Source of the DNA: a bacterium
GTDB lineage: Bacteria; Patescibacteriota; CG2-30-54-11; JBAXVQ01
DNA: 64,000 bases
Reading direction: 5' to 3'
Assembly (NCBI GenBank): GCA_037128935.1
Contig: JBAXVQ010000001.1
Location: forward strand, 60,124 to 124,123
The position numbers and the translations under genes were made by a program. The notes beneath the pieces are model-generated. The model saw only the letters and a program-made list of their open reading frames with translations. It had not been told where the DNA came from and searched no databases. Below, piece by piece: positions 45,631-55,930 of this stretch (position 1 is the stretch's first letter; every line of letters starts with the position of its first letter).

Positions 45631-46272
45631 ATGAACCAGCACCATACCCCACCACCACCGCCGCCGCCACATTCTGGTCAGCCACCTGCGGGGGCGTCAG
45701 GTATTCCACCGGCAGATATCTTTGGCATGCTTGGTTTGGAGGATCTTCCTGAAAATGAAAAGAAAGTACTATTAGAAAAACTTGAGAAAGTTATTCAAGA
45801 GCAGGTAATTCATCTAATAGTTACACAGCTGACTGATGAGCAATGCCAGGATTTAAATGAAAAAATGGATCAGGGTTTGAATCAGATGCAAGTTATTGAA
45901 TATTTGCGAGGAACAATCCCAAACCTAGAAGATCAGATTCGCAAGCTAGTAGAAGATTTTCGTGAAGATCTGTTGGTTGAAGTTGATGATATTAGAAAAG
46001 AATTGGCATCAGGTAAAAAGCCATCTTCTCAGCCTGTTTCTAAACGTTTTAAAGAGGGGTATGTTCAACCAGGTGCTCAGCCTGGGAAACCAGCAGGAGT
46101 TGCTCCTCAGCAACCAACTCATCCGCAGCAGGTACCTCCTGAAGTATTACAACATCTTCAACAGATAAATCATGCGATTCAAGAAGCAACCAAGGTTAAT
46201 AATTATGAAGTACTTATCCAATTGATGAATCAGAGAAAGGCGCTTAAAGCGCAATGGGGAATAGCTGAATGA
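45631..46272 (+). CDS. hypothetical Pro/Gln-rich protein, translationally coupled to purN
   Basis: N-terminal PPPPPPPHSGQPP, a helical acidic middle, and a stop overlapping the purN ATG (ATGA). Confidence 0.4.
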   Translation: MNQHHTPPPPPPPHSGQPPAGASGIPPADIFGMLGLEDLPENEKKVLLEKLEKVIQEQVIHLIVTQLTDEQCQDLNEKMDQGLNQMQVIEYLRGTIPNLEDQIRKLVEDFREDLLVEVDDIRKELASGKKPSSQPVSKRFKEGYVQPGAQPGKPAGVAPQQPTHPQQVPPEVLQHLQQINHAIQEATKVNNYEVLIQLMNQRKALKAQWGIAE

Positions 46273-46892
46273 AGCTATTGCCAATAGCAGTATTGATTTC
46301 CGGTAATGGTTCTAACTTGCAGGCGCTTATAGATGCCATTCAGTCCGGTATTTTGCATGCTGAAATCAAAGTTGTGATTAGTAATAAACCTGATGCTTAC
46401 GGATTGGAGCGTGCAAAAAAAGCGGGTATTCAAGCAGAAGTATTTAGTTTTGCAAAATTTAAGCGTGAAGGAAAAGGGATACGAGAAGAGTACGATGCCC
46501 AGTTAGCGACTTTTCTGAAGCAATTTGGAGTGTCGTTGATCGTTTTGGCTGGCTGGATGCATATTGTTTCTCCTTCTTTTTTAGAGCAGTTTCCACAGCG
46601 TGTGATTAATCTTCATCCTGCCCTTCTCCCTTCTTTTCCCGGTGTTGATGCGATAAAGCAGGCTTGGGAATATGGTGTCCGTTGTACAGGAGTGACTGTT
46701 CATGTGGTTGATAGTGGAGTTGATACAGGGCCAATTATTTTACAGGAATCGTTGAAGATTCTTTCTTCTGATACTTTACACACTTTAAGTGAACGGGTGC
46801 GTGCCTTGGAGCATTTATTATTACCTCGGGCCGTTGAATTATTTGCTCAGGATAAAGTAGTGGTTCAAGGTAGAAAGGTAGTGTTGGTATGA
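46269..46892 (+). CDS. purN: phosphoribosylglycinamide formyltransferase
   Basis: IAVLISGNGSNLQALIDA...VVISNKPDAYGLERA...GCTVH pattern. Confidence 0.8.
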   Translation: MKLLPIAVLISGNGSNLQALIDAIQSGILHAEIKVVISNKPDAYGLERAKKAGIQAEVFSFAKFKREGKGIREEYDAQLATFLKQFGVSLIVLAGWMHIVSPSFLEQFPQRVINLHPALLPSFPGVDAIKQAWEYGVRCTGVTVHVVDSGVDTGPIILQESLKILSSDTLHTLSERVRALEHLLLPRAVELFAQDKVVVQGRKVVLV

Positions 46893-47494
46893 TTGTGATT
46901 GTTGATTATGAAGCGGGAAACCTTGCGTCGGTTTACCGTGCAGTGGAATCACTGGGTTTTAAAGCCAAGATTTCGAGTGACCCAGAGGAAATTGTAGCAG
47001 CCACAAAAGTGATATTTCCCGGTGTAGGTGCGGCTGGTCAGGCGATGTCTTCGTTGAAGGAGCGGGGATTAGATGAGGCATTGCAAGAAGTTGTTGTTCA
47101 GGGAAAAGGAATGCTAGGGATCTGTTTGGGCTCTCAGATTATTTTGGAAAAAAGTGAAGAAAACGATACGCTTTGTCTTAGTTTGCTTCCTGGCTGTACA
47201 AGAAAATTGCCAAGTAGAGCCAGTTTGAAAATCCCACATATGGGCTGGAATCAGGTAAATCAAATTGTCCAACATCCTTTGTTTAAGGCAATTCCTGATA
47301 AATCGGATTTTTATTTTGTTCATTCGTATTATAATGACGTGCCTTCTGAATTGATACTTGGTTCGACTGAATATGGTATTTCTTTTCCTTCTGTTATAGG
47401 AAAAGATAGTGTTTTTGCTGTGCAATTTCATACGGAAAAAAGTGGTAAATGGGGAGTGCAGCTCCTTAAGAATTTTCTTTGCATGGAGTTTTAA
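46889..47494 (+). CDS. hisH: imidazole glycerol phosphate synthase glutamine amidotransferase subunit
   Basis: IVIVDYEAGNLASV...IFPGVGAAGQAM...GICLGSQI...VQFHTEKS (class I GATase triad). Confidence 0.8.
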   Translation: MIVIVDYEAGNLASVYRAVESLGFKAKISSDPEEIVAATKVIFPGVGAAGQAMSSLKERGLDEALQEVVVQGKGMLGICLGSQIILEKSEENDTLCLSLLPGCTRKLPSRASLKIPHMGWNQVNQIVQHPLFKAIPDKSDFYFVHSYYNDVPSELILGSTEYGISFPSVIGKDSVFAVQFHTEKSGKWGVQLLKNFLCMEF

Positions 47495-47847
47495 TGAGGA
47501 AAAAAAAGTTAGATAAGGCGATATCTGATGATTATTTGTCTGTGATTGTTGATGTTCTTGTAGATAATAAGGCTGAAGATGTTGTTGTCCTTAATGTGGA
47601 TAAAAAGTCTTCAGTTGCTAGTTATTTTGTTATTGCTAGTGCTTTAATCGAACGACATGTTAAGGCTCTGGCAGGTGCAGTAGAAAGACAGCTTCGTGCG
47701 CAATGTCATGAGCATGTGTTACGAGTGGATGGCGTGGATGAAGGTCGGTGGGCGATTTTAGATTATGGTGATGTGTTAATCCATATTTTTTTAATTGAAG
47801 AAAGGCAACGGTATCGTCTAGAAGAACTTTGGACCGCGAAAGAATAG
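47494..47847 (+). CDS. rsfS: ribosome silencing factor RsfS/Iojap
   Basis: AEDVVVLNVDKKSSVASYFVIASALIERHVKALAGAV...WAILDYGDVLIHIF. Start is at the TAATG overlap with hisH; the track ORF starts 15 nt earlier. Confidence 0.8.
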   Translation: MRKKKLDKAISDDYLSVIVDVLVDNKAEDVVVLNVDKKSSVASYFVIASALIERHVKALAGAVERQLRAQCHEHVLRVDGVDEGRWAILDYGDVLIHIFLIEERQRYRLEELWTAKE

Positions 47848-48055
47848 CTATAGATCATGTTTTTGCTTTATAATCTTCCCTTCCCAGTTCTTCTACCGAC
47901 TTGATTGATTTTTATTTTGTGTTATATTATTTCATGCTTAATTGTGTGATTACGTTTGATTTTTTCTGCAGAAGTACACATTTATCTTTATAAGTCAGTA
48001 ACAATACTGGCATGTTTTCGTTTATACTTCTGGAGACAATGTCAGGGGCGGGCTC

Positions 48056-48083
48056 TTGACAGATGACTCTGAAATAGTATAAG
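48056..48083 (+). promoter_or_regulatory. candidate sigma70 promoter
   Basis: TTGACA-16 nt-TATAAG, ~45 nt upstream of ORF 48129. Confidence 0.4.
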
Positions 48084-48128
48084 ATTATATATTAAATCAT
48101 CTCTATCAGTAGATTATTGTAGGTTATT

Positions 48129-48467
48129 ATGAAAGATTTTTTTAGAAACCAACTTGCAGAGCCGAAGAAAGCTGCTTTAGAGGTGCCTGCTCCAAAGTCG
48201 TCTTCAAAGAAGGTTGAAACGTCAGGCGAGAAAAAGCTTGCTGTTCAGTATGATCAGAAGGGAAATGTATTTCAAGTTGTACAGGTAATTGAGCAATTTT
48301 TACATGGGGTGAAGAATCAGATACAGATGCACTTACATAGCGTTGCAGTGAAAGTGAAAGGTATTCAGTCATCTCCTGCTGCTTTGCAGCGCGCTTGTCA
48401 GTCGATTATAGCCCAAGTGTTGCAGTCTTCATCTCAACCGGCCATTAGCACTCATTCGCAGTCTTAG
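48129..48467 (+). CDS. hypothetical protein
   Basis: 112-aa ORF with an upstream promoter-like sequence. No motif recognised. Confidence 0.3.
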   Translation: MKDFFRNQLAEPKKAALEVPAPKSSSKKVETSGEKKLAVQYDQKGNVFQVVQVIEQFLHGVKNQIQMHLHSVAVKVKGIQSSPAALQRACQSIIAQVLQSSSQPAISTHSQS

Positions 48468-48547
48468 GTAGTTGGTAGTCATTAGAAGTTTTTAGTGCAT
48501 AAGTATAAAAAAAGACGTCTTTTTTTATTAATACAAAGAGAAACGAA

Positions 48548-49054
48548 CTATTCGGCAGCTTTTTCTTTTTTCTTGGTAGGTGCTTTCTTAGTTTCTTCTT
48601 TCTTAGGTTCTTCAATAGGTTGAACAACTATGTTAATAGTAGTTTGAATATCTTGAGAGAAGTTGATTGTTACTTCAAAATTTCCAGTTTGTTTGATCGG
48701 TTTGTCGAGTTTGATTGCTTTGGCTTCAATGCGAATTTTTTCTTTCTTGAGTGCGTCTGCAATATGTTCACGATCAACAGAACCATACAGTTGATTTTTC
48801 TCACTGGCTTTTTCTTTGAAAGTAAGTGTTTTGCCTTTTAACTGTTCGGCGAGAGTTTTGAAGTGAAGGCGTTCTTCTTCGTGCTCTTTCACTCTGTTAT
48901 TTATTAGTTTTTGGTGGTGAGCAACTAGGCCTTTGGTGGCTAGTACAGCTTTCTGCTGAGGAATAAGAAAGTTGCGGGCATAGCCTGCGGCAACATTTTT
49001 AATTTCACCTTTGAATCCGAGGTCGGTAACATTTTGAAGCAATATCACTTGCAT
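48548..49054 (-). CDS. rplI: 50S ribosomal protein L9
   Basis: [40 protein letters not shown]. Start is at the internal Met of the track ORF; Lys/Glu-rich C-terminal tail. Confidence 0.85.
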   Translation of the reverse strand: MQVILLQNVTDLGFKGEIKNVAAGYARNFLIPQQKAVLATKGLVAHHQKLINNRVKEHEEERLHFKTLAEQLKGKTLTFKEKASEKNQLYGSVDREHIADALKKEKIRIEAKAIKLDKPIKQTGNFEVTINFSQDIQTTINIVVQPIEEPKKEETKKAPTKKKEKAAE

Positions 49055-49149
49055 TACACGGTTCTCCTTTGACTGAAAAATCAGGGGTGGCGTAAAGCCT
49101 TTCGTTATCATATCGTAAAAGTAAGTAATGGTAAACCCCCTTTTTCTTT

Positions 49150-49995
49150 ATGTTAAAACCTTGGGTGATCATTTCATATTTTATTTTGGTTATAAGCTTT
49201 GTGCTGTGTGGTTGGGGAGCTTCCTTTTCACGCCCATTGTTACATATTTATTTTTTCTCGATTGGACAAGGCGATGCAATTTTGATTCGATCCCCTGAGG
49301 GAAAGAATGTGCTTATTGATGGTGGGCCGGATCAGCTTGTTTTGGAGAAAATTGGATCAGTGCTACCGCTTTGGTCTCGGTCGATTGATATGCTTGTTAT
49401 AACAAATTCGGATGATGACCATATGGTTGGGGCGCTTGAAGTGCTTCAGAGATACCCTGTGTCGATGATTGTTGATAATGGTCGATTTGGAGTTGTCCCT
49501 CAGGAACAGTACTGGCTGTTTTTTGCTGCAGAGCATCGTATTCCACGATTTTTACCACAGCAGATTGATGTATTGCAACTCGATAGTGCAACTTCATTGA
49601 AGTTTTTTGTTTCGGAAAAAGCGACGAAAAATAATAATAACTATTCAGTGGTAACAAGGCTTGGTTATAAAGATTTTGATGCAGTATTTACTGGTGATAT
49701 TGAAAAAGAGATTGAGCAAGAACTGATTGACTCACCATTTCTATCGCCTGGGGAGCTTCTAAAGGTAGCTCATCATGGTAGCAAAACTTCATCAACACAA
49801 GCTTTTTTGAAGCGTTATAATCCGATGGTTGGTGTGATTAGCTGTGGAAAGGATAATCAGTATGGTCATCCTCATCAGGAAACGCTTGATTCTTTTAAAG
49901 AAAATCAAATGCAGCTGTTTAGGACAGATGAAGATGGGGATGTAGAGGTGGTGAGTGATGGGACAAATTTTTGGATAAATACGCTTAAGATTTGA
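49150..49995 (+). CDS. ComEC/Rec2-type metallo-beta-lactamase domain protein (membrane-anchored)
   Basis: FFSIGQGDAILIRSPEGKNVLIDGG ... VAHHGSKTSS ... CGKDNQYGHP. Confidence 0.75.
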   Translation: MLKPWVIISYFILVISFVLCGWGASFSRPLLHIYFFSIGQGDAILIRSPEGKNVLIDGGPDQLVLEKIGSVLPLWSRSIDMLVITNSDDDHMVGALEVLQRYPVSMIVDNGRFGVVPQEQYWLFFAAEHRIPRFLPQQIDVLQLDSATSLKFFVSEKATKNNNNYSVVTRLGYKDFDAVFTGDIEKEIEQELIDSPFLSPGELLKVAHHGSKTSSTQAFLKRYNPMVGVISCGKDNQYGHPHQETLDSFKENQMQLFRTDEDGDVEVVSDGTNFWINTLKI

Positions 49996-51136
49996 TGATG
50001 ATTGATTCGGCAATTAGTAGCTGATCAGCAAGCTTTCCTTTGAAATAGTTGCCAGATATTTCAATGGTTTTCCCAGTCGTTAGGTCTTTGACATCACCTT
50101 TAGCTCCTGTTGCTGAGCCTTTTAATAGTGTCGTTTCATCGATTATTTGTACTCTCTGGGTTTTGCCAGCGGTTGTTTTGATGGTTATTTGATTACCAGT
50201 TCTTGATACAACAGTCCCTTCAACTTTTTCCATGCGAATGTTTGCTTCTGTTTCTTGGGTTGTTGCAGTTGTTGCGTCTGTTGCTGTGGTTGCTGCACTT
50301 GAGGCGAGGCCACCAACTTCAGTGATTTTTAGATTGCTAAAATACAAGCCTTTTTGTCCAAAACTATATAGTCCGATAGTTCCAGATGTAATAGATAGGT
50401 CATCAACATCAAACATTAGTTTGTCATTGATCCAGACTTTGATTTTTTTATCGTTTGCTTGCACTTTCATTGTGTATGCAGTTCCAGGTTCAAATTCCCA
50501 AGCGTTTGTTTTTAGGCTGGAAAATACTGGCTTATTATTTTTAGGTTGCTGTTTATCGAGCATAAGGAATGGACCACCGTTGGCGGGGTCTTTTACTGCA
50601 AGTATTCTATAAAATCCTGTGCTATTGGCACGAAAAAGTATTCCCATACCGTCATTGTCGTCAGATCGCATGGTGACTTGCATATCGAAGTTGTCAAAGT
50701 TTTTATTTTTCAATAAAGCGTAAGTACCGAAAAATTGTTTTCCAGCAATAGGCGCTCCGTATGTGCCACCCCAGATATTGCTAGTTTGAACTAATTCACC
50801 ATTTTTTACACTCCAGACTCCTGGTTTGTCGATGTTTCCAGTATCAGTTAACTCGAAATCACTAGCCAGTGTTGCTGGACTTGAAAAATTATTTTCGTAG
50901 AGTGTTTTTTTTGTGGTAACTGGAGCAGTTGTGGCAATAGGGGTTTCTTGGTCAGTAGGAACGATTTCTCCATCACTTGGTGTTGTATCGGCTTGTGGTG
51001 TTGTTGTAGTGGAGTCGAGAGGAATTTCTTGGAGATTGCTTGGAGCGTTGAATAATTGAAAGTTGAAGTAGAGCATGCCACCGATGCCGATGACGAGGAA
51101 TATGATGATGATAATAGTGCCGAATCTGCTTTTCAT
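49985..51136 (-). CDS. membrane-anchored DUF1080 (3-keto-disaccharide hydrolase-like) protein with C-terminal DUF5666-like beta domain
   Basis: N-terminal TM, Thr/Pro linker, then a block from ...WSVKNGELVQT... to ...GMGILFRA... and ...KVWINDKLMFDV.... C-terminal ...VEGTVVSRTGNQITIKTTAGKTQRVQIIDETTL. Confidence 0.45.
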   Translation of the reverse strand: MKSRFGTIIIIIFLVIGIGGMLYFNFQLFNAPSNLQEIPLDSTTTTPQADTTPSDGEIVPTDQETPIATTAPVTTKKTLYENNFSSPATLASDFELTDTGNIDKPGVWSVKNGELVQTSNIWGGTYGAPIAGKQFFGTYALLKNKNFDNFDMQVTMRSDDNDGMGILFRANSTGFYRILAVKDPANGGPFLMLDKQQPKNNKPVFSSLKTNAWEFEPGTAYTMKVQANDKKIKVWINDKLMFDVDDLSITSGTIGLYSFGQKGLYFSNLKITEVGGLASSAATTATDATTATTQETEANIRMEKVEGTVVSRTGNQITIKTTAGKTQRVQIIDETTLLKGSATGAKGDVKDLTTGKTIEISGNYFKGKLADQLLIAESIIIKS

Positions 51137-51270
51137 GCTGGAGGCACTCCTTCCTTTTGTGAATTAAATGAAAAAGTCTTTTTTATTATAGTGATAAAAG
51201 TGAAAAGATGGAAGCGAAAAATTTATAACAGTATTGTTGTAAGTAAAACTGGAAAGCCAAAAAACCTTTT

Positions 51271-52236
51271 TTAAGCTACTGCTGCTAGTAGTAGGCTTAT
51301 ACAAAAACAAATGAATCCAAAAATTGTGAATCCTAGGACAATTTTTTGTTCCGAGTAGCCTTTTTTTTCGAAATGATGGTGTAGTGGTGAGAGAAGAAAT
51401 ATTCTTCGTCCAAATACTTTTTTCCATATTCTTTGAAGAATTACTGATCCAGTCTCGATAATGAATGGTAATCCTAAAACGAGCAAGATGAGAGGCATTT
51501 TTAATAGAATAGCTAGTGTTGTAATGAGTGCTCCGTGACTCATGGATCCCGTATCCCCCATAAAGATTCTTGCGGGATGACGGTTGTACCAAAGAAATGC
51601 AAATAAGGATCCAAGAATAACACAAGTGAAAGAAGCGATATCACTTCTTTGTTGTAGAATTGCGATGATTGTAAAAAATAAGTAGCACCATGCAAGTAAG
51701 CTTCCTGCTAATTGATCTAGTCCGTCAGTGATGTTTACTGCATTGGTTGTGCTGACGTAGAGTAGGACAAAAAATGGGATAATAATAAGCGGATTATTCA
51801 GGTGCAGACCTACTAGGGAAATTGAGAGTTCGTTGCTTTGCCCAATGAAAAAGCAGAGCAAGCTAGTGAGTAAAGCAAGGGTGCATTGAAAGAACAGTTT
51901 CATCAGAGGGGTGAGTCCAAAGAAGGTTTTTCCCTTGGTGCCGAGGATGTCGTCGAGAAGCCCTAGAAGTCCAAAGCTCCATGCAGCAGCTAGCAAAATA
52001 TACGTGTTTGTTGATGCTGCCAATAGGGGGACTAGAAGAGAGATGGCCACTAATATTAGTAGCCCTCCAAGGTTGGGAGTCCCTTCTTTTTTCTGATGGA
52101 GTTGATAGACGTTGGGGCGTATGTTTTGTTGAATGCGCTTGGGAACCCATTTTTTTGCTTTTGTGATGAAAGGAGGGTAGAGGAAGAATGTCAGTATGAA
52201 GGAGATGAGAATTCCTGCAACGAGAAGGATATACAT
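51271..52236 (-). CDS. mraY: phospho-N-acetylmuramoyl-pentapeptide transferase
   Basis: KKEGTPNLGG, LLDDILG, NITDGLDQLAG and the diagnostic PLHHHFE motif. Multi-TM. Confidence 0.75.
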   Translation of the reverse strand: MYILLVAGILISFILTFFLYPPFITKAKKWVPKRIQQNIRPNVYQLHQKKEGTPNLGGLLILVAISLLVPLLAASTNTYILLAAAWSFGLLGLLDDILGTKGKTFFGLTPLMKLFFQCTLALLTSLLCFFIGQSNELSISLVGLHLNNPLIIIPFFVLLYVSTTNAVNITDGLDQLAGSLLAWCYLFFTIIAILQQRSDIASFTCVILGSLFAFLWYNRHPARIFMGDTGSMSHGALITTLAILLKMPLILLVLGLPFIIETGSVILQRIWKKVFGRRIFLLSPLHHHFEKKGYSEQKIVLGFTIFGFICFCISLLLAAVA

Positions 52237-52375
52237 TGCTTTTTCCTTTTTTTCGGAAGTGCTAGTTACTCTCTGTTGCTCAAGGAAGGAGAGTTGGCCA
52301 TTTAGAACTTATTGTCTATATCTAGTTATTAGAGGGCATGTAGTTGTGGAGTTGAAAGGGGGAAAAATTACGAAA

Positions 52376-53509
52376 TTAGGCTTCTTCTTGTTCTTTTGCT
52401 TTGCGACGTAGTGACCAGTTATGCCAAGTGACAAGAAGTGGGCTGGCGTTGAAAATCGAGGAGTATGTACCGACGATGATACCGATGATGAGGATAAGGA
52501 TAAAGTGTTTTATGCTTTCTGCGCCAAAAAAGTAGAGAGCAAAAAGAGTAAAAAGTACTGCAAGATTGATGTTTAACGAACGTACAATAGTTTGGAGCAA
52601 GCTTTGATTAACGATTTTTTCGAAAGGTTGACCAGCCATGCGCGTTAAGTTTTCTCTTGTACGGTCAAGGGAAACGATACTGTCGTGGACGGAAAAGCTC
52701 ATGATGTTGAGTAGTGCTACAACGAAGAGTGCGTCGATTTCCAAGCCGATAAAATGGCCAAGAACAGCAGTCATACCCAGAACGAAGATTAAGTCATGTA
52801 TGAGTGCGATTACCGCTACTACGCCGAATCTCCATCCGGAAGCTGGAGCTGGAACTGCGCGGAATGCATAAGCCATATAGAGAATGATAAAGAGAGCAGC
52901 GATGATAACAGCCCAAATCGTTTTTTGAGTAAGTTCTTTTCCAATTGTTGGTCCGATCGATTGGAGTTGTACTTTCTCGGTTTTTCCGAATTGATCAGTT
53001 ATTTTGGCAAGGATGTCTTCTTGTTCTTTTGCTGTAAGAGCTGCAGGGTTTTCAAAATCAACTGCAGTTGTTGTTGCTGTGTCTTTGTTGTTAGTGGGGG
53101 TAGTTGCGGCAATTGAAGGGCTTTTAGTTGATGCTGGTGTTAAGATGGCTGTAGTTGAGGGATTTGCTGTGGCGGCTGCATTTGCTGCTGCCGTAGCTGT
53201 TGCATCAGCTTTTACTTTCTTGGCTTTTTCATCTTCTTTCTGAGGGTCATAGGTTTTAGATTTTGAACGAATAACTACGTTGTTGGTGCCTGAAACCTGA
53301 ACAATGCTGTCCTTGTAACCAAGGTCTTCCATGATTTTGTAGACGGCAGCGGAATTCACTTCTTTTTCAGTCTTCAACTCAATCATTGATCCACCTTGGA
53401 AATCAATGCTGAGACGGAGGTCATAGCGCCAAAGGGCAATGAGTCCAATAACTAATAATATGCCTGAAAGGGCGTAGAACCAATTTCGTTTACCTACAAG
53501 GTCTATCAT
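52376..53509 (-). CDS. secF: protein translocase subunit SecF
   Basis: SecF C-terminal TM bundle pattern, with an Ala/Thr-rich insertion. Confidence 0.8.
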   Translation of the reverse strand: MIDLVGKRNWFYALSGILLVIGLIALWRYDLRLSIDFQGGSMIELKTEKEVNSAAVYKIMEDLGYKDSIVQVSGTNNVVIRSKSKTYDPQKEDEKAKKVKADATATAAANAAATANPSTTAILTPASTKSPSIAATTPTNNKDTATTTAVDFENPAALTAKEQEDILAKITDQFGKTEKVQLQSIGPTIGKELTQKTIWAVIIAALFIILYMAYAFRAVPAPASGWRFGVVAVIALIHDLIFVLGMTAVLGHFIGLEIDALFVVALLNIMSFSVHDSIVSLDRTRENLTRMAGQPFEKIVNQSLLQTIVRSLNINLAVLFTLFALYFFGAESIKHFILILIIGIIVGTYSSIFNASPLLVTWHNWSLRRKAKEQEEA

Positions 53510-53572
53510 TGAGAATGCTCCTAGGGGTCAGTTTTTCTCTGAAAATATAATGGATCGAATATACGATAATGA

Positions 53573-54970
53573 TTAAAAGAGTTTTCTTTTCTTCATGAAT
53601 TTGCTTTCAAGGAAGAGGTGGAGAAATTCTCTTGTTACTGTTATGGCAGTGAACAAGCTGATGAGAACACCGATAGCCAATGTTGCTGCAAATCCGCGGA
53701 TCACACCTGTGCCAAAGTAGTAGAGAATGCCGCAGGTAATTAAGGTTGAAGCGTTTGAGTCTCTAATAGATGGCCATGCACGGCTGAATCCAAGGTCTAC
53801 TGCAGCTTTGGTTGCTTTTCCACTTTTTAATTCTTCTTTCATGCGTTCGAAGATGAGGATATTGGCATCAACAGCTACGGTGACTGAAAGTATGAATCCA
53901 GCGATACCTGCAAGTGTAAGTACTACAGGGATGAGTTTAAATAATGCGAGTGTGAGAAGAGCATACACAACTAATGCCCATACAGCTACAAATCCAGACC
54001 AACGGTAGTAGAAAATCATGAAGATTATTACGACAAGGATGCCGATCAGACCAGCAAACACACTTTTCTTGAGAGCATCTTGTCCAAGTGTTGCGGAAAC
54101 ACGTCGTTCATCGATGATTTTGACAGGTGCAGGAAGGGCACCGGCGTTGAGCTGAATTGCAGTTTCCTTGGCTTTTTCTAGGCTTCCAAGTCCTTCGAGT
54201 GTTCCTTTGTCGCGGATTTCGCTTTTTACTAGCCCGTTGAAGAGAAGCTCGTTATCAAGATATATTGCTAATCTCTGATTATTATCGGCGAGTCTTTTGG
54301 TCAAAGCTCCAAATTTATCTGCTGATTCGGGTTTGATTTCAAAATTGACGGTAGCATCAAGTGTGCTGGTATTTGTTGAAGCGGTGGCTTTTTTAAGGTC
54401 ATTACCGGAAAGACCAGTTTCAAGTTCTTCAACGGTCGGTGCTACTGGAGATTGACCTTCTTTTGTAGGAACAGTAGTTTCTTTTACTTCTTTGAAAATG
54501 AGTTGTGCTGTTTTTCCGATAAGGTTTTTGGCTTCATCAATATTTTGTACACCTGGAAGTTCAGCTATGACACGATAAGTTTGTGCTGTGGGGTCTATAC
54601 TTTTTAGTAGTTTTGGTTCACTTACGCCGAATGCGTTAACACGCCGCTCAAGAATGGTTACGATACCTTCAAGGGCTTCGCTACGATCTTTTTCGGGGAT
54701 GTTGGACATATCTGCTTCAAGGGTTAGCTGCGTGCCACCTTGTAAATCAAGTCCTAAGTGTGCTTTTACTTCACGGTTAAAATTGATGCCTAATGGACGG
54801 AGATCAATATCTGGTCCGCGGACTGAGGAAATTTGTTTTCCTAAGATTTCTTTGTCGATTTTTATCGTGGGCAGTACAATGACGAATCCAAGAACAGTCA
54901 GCACGATAATGAACCAAAACAGTTTTCTGTGGCGATTTAGCAAGGCTTCGACTCCTTCGAGAATTAGCAA
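53573..54970 (-). CDS. secD: protein translocase subunit SecD
   Basis: SecD periplasmic and TM patterns. Immediately upstream of secF. Confidence 0.8.
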   Translation of the reverse strand: MLILEGVEALLNRHRKLFWFIIVLTVLGFVIVLPTIKIDKEILGKQISSVRGPDIDLRPLGINFNREVKAHLGLDLQGGTQLTLEADMSNIPEKDRSEALEGIVTILERRVNAFGVSEPKLLKSIDPTAQTYRVIAELPGVQNIDEAKNLIGKTAQLIFKEVKETTVPTKEGQSPVAPTVEELETGLSGNDLKKATASTNTSTLDATVNFEIKPESADKFGALTKRLADNNQRLAIYLDNELLFNGLVKSEIRDKGTLEGLGSLEKAKETAIQLNAGALPAPVKIIDERRVSATLGQDALKKSVFAGLIGILVVIIFMIFYYRWSGFVAVWALVVYALLTLALFKLIPVVLTLAGIAGFILSVTVAVDANILIFERMKEELKSGKATKAAVDLGFSRAWPSIRDSNASTLITCGILYYFGTGVIRGFAATLAIGVLISLFTAITVTREFLHLFLESKFMKKRKLF

Positions 54971-55041
54971 ACATGATCTATTGTACGTAATTGTTGGAAA
55001 AACGGCAAGGGGAGGGGATGTGATGTTTTTTGAAAGGAATT

Positions 55042-55902
55042 TTATTCAACAAGTTTTATGTGAGCTTGTTGGAGTTTTTTGAGTAGGGATTCTGATATGG
55101 ATGTTTCCAGCTGCTGGCTGGTTTCGGCTGTGGATGAGTACCTAGCCGTGATTTCTATGCCCTTGGTGGTAAGTTTTGATGTAAGGATGGGATCCTTTTC
55201 TTCTTTGAGGTGTGTTTTGGTTCCTTTTTTAATTACATCGTTTAGAAGTTGTTTTACTTTTTCAAGATCTTCTTGTTTTGCGAGTACTATTGATAGGTTA
55301 TTCCAGATGAAGCCAGGAGTTGCTGATGAATTGAATATCGGGTGAGCCATGATGATGCTGTTGGCCATGTAGACTATTCGGCCGGTTGATTGTTCTCGTC
55401 CGAGACTGGCTCCGCTTTTTTCTTTTAGTGTGACGTAGAAAAAATCGATGCTAAGGACTCGTCCTTTAATACTATTTACTTCGATAATATCGCCTTCTCG
55501 GAATAGTGCTCCGGTGGTTATTTTGAGCCAACCTACAAAGCTGACTATCTCTTCGCGGAGTGAGACGGCGATACCGGCGCTGATGAAGCCGAGCATGGTG
55601 GCTAGGGAGCCTTCTCCGGCTGTCCAGATGGAGAACAGGAAAACAATGACGACGAGAATCATTATACGGTTAAATACTCGCTGGATGGCGGTTCGTTGTT
55701 TGTCGCCAGGGATTTTTGCGGTCATGAGTTTGAAGGTTTTGGGGAGGATGGTGGTGAAGATGATGAAGACGATGAGGGAGTAGAGCATTTTTGTGATTAT
55801 GGGGGAGGAGGGCATGAATTGGGTGAAGAGCCAGTGGTCCATGGTTTTTGCCTTTGTTGTTTGGTTGTATTGTACAGGGGGAAGAGGGGTGCTGTTAACC
55901 AT
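55042..55902 (-). CDS. mscS: small-conductance mechanosensitive channel MscS family
   Basis: TM helices followed by the MscS beta-domain pattern GDIIEVNSIKGRVLSIDFFYVTLK. Confidence 0.8.
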   Translation of the reverse strand: MVNSTPLPPVQYNQTTKAKTMDHWLFTQFMPSSPIITKMLYSLIVFIIFTTILPKTFKLMTAKIPGDKQRTAIQRVFNRIMILVVIVFLFSIWTAGEGSLATMLGFISAGIAVSLREEIVSFVGWLKITTGALFREGDIIEVNSIKGRVLSIDFFYVTLKEKSGASLGREQSTGRIVYMANSIIMAHPIFNSSATPGFIWNNLSIVLAKQEDLEKVKQLLNDVIKKGTKTHLKEEKDPILTSKLTTKGIEITARYSSTAETSQQLETSISESLLKKLQQAHIKLVE

Positions 55903-55930
55903 TTTTTTCTAAATAGGTTGAGGGCTTTGG

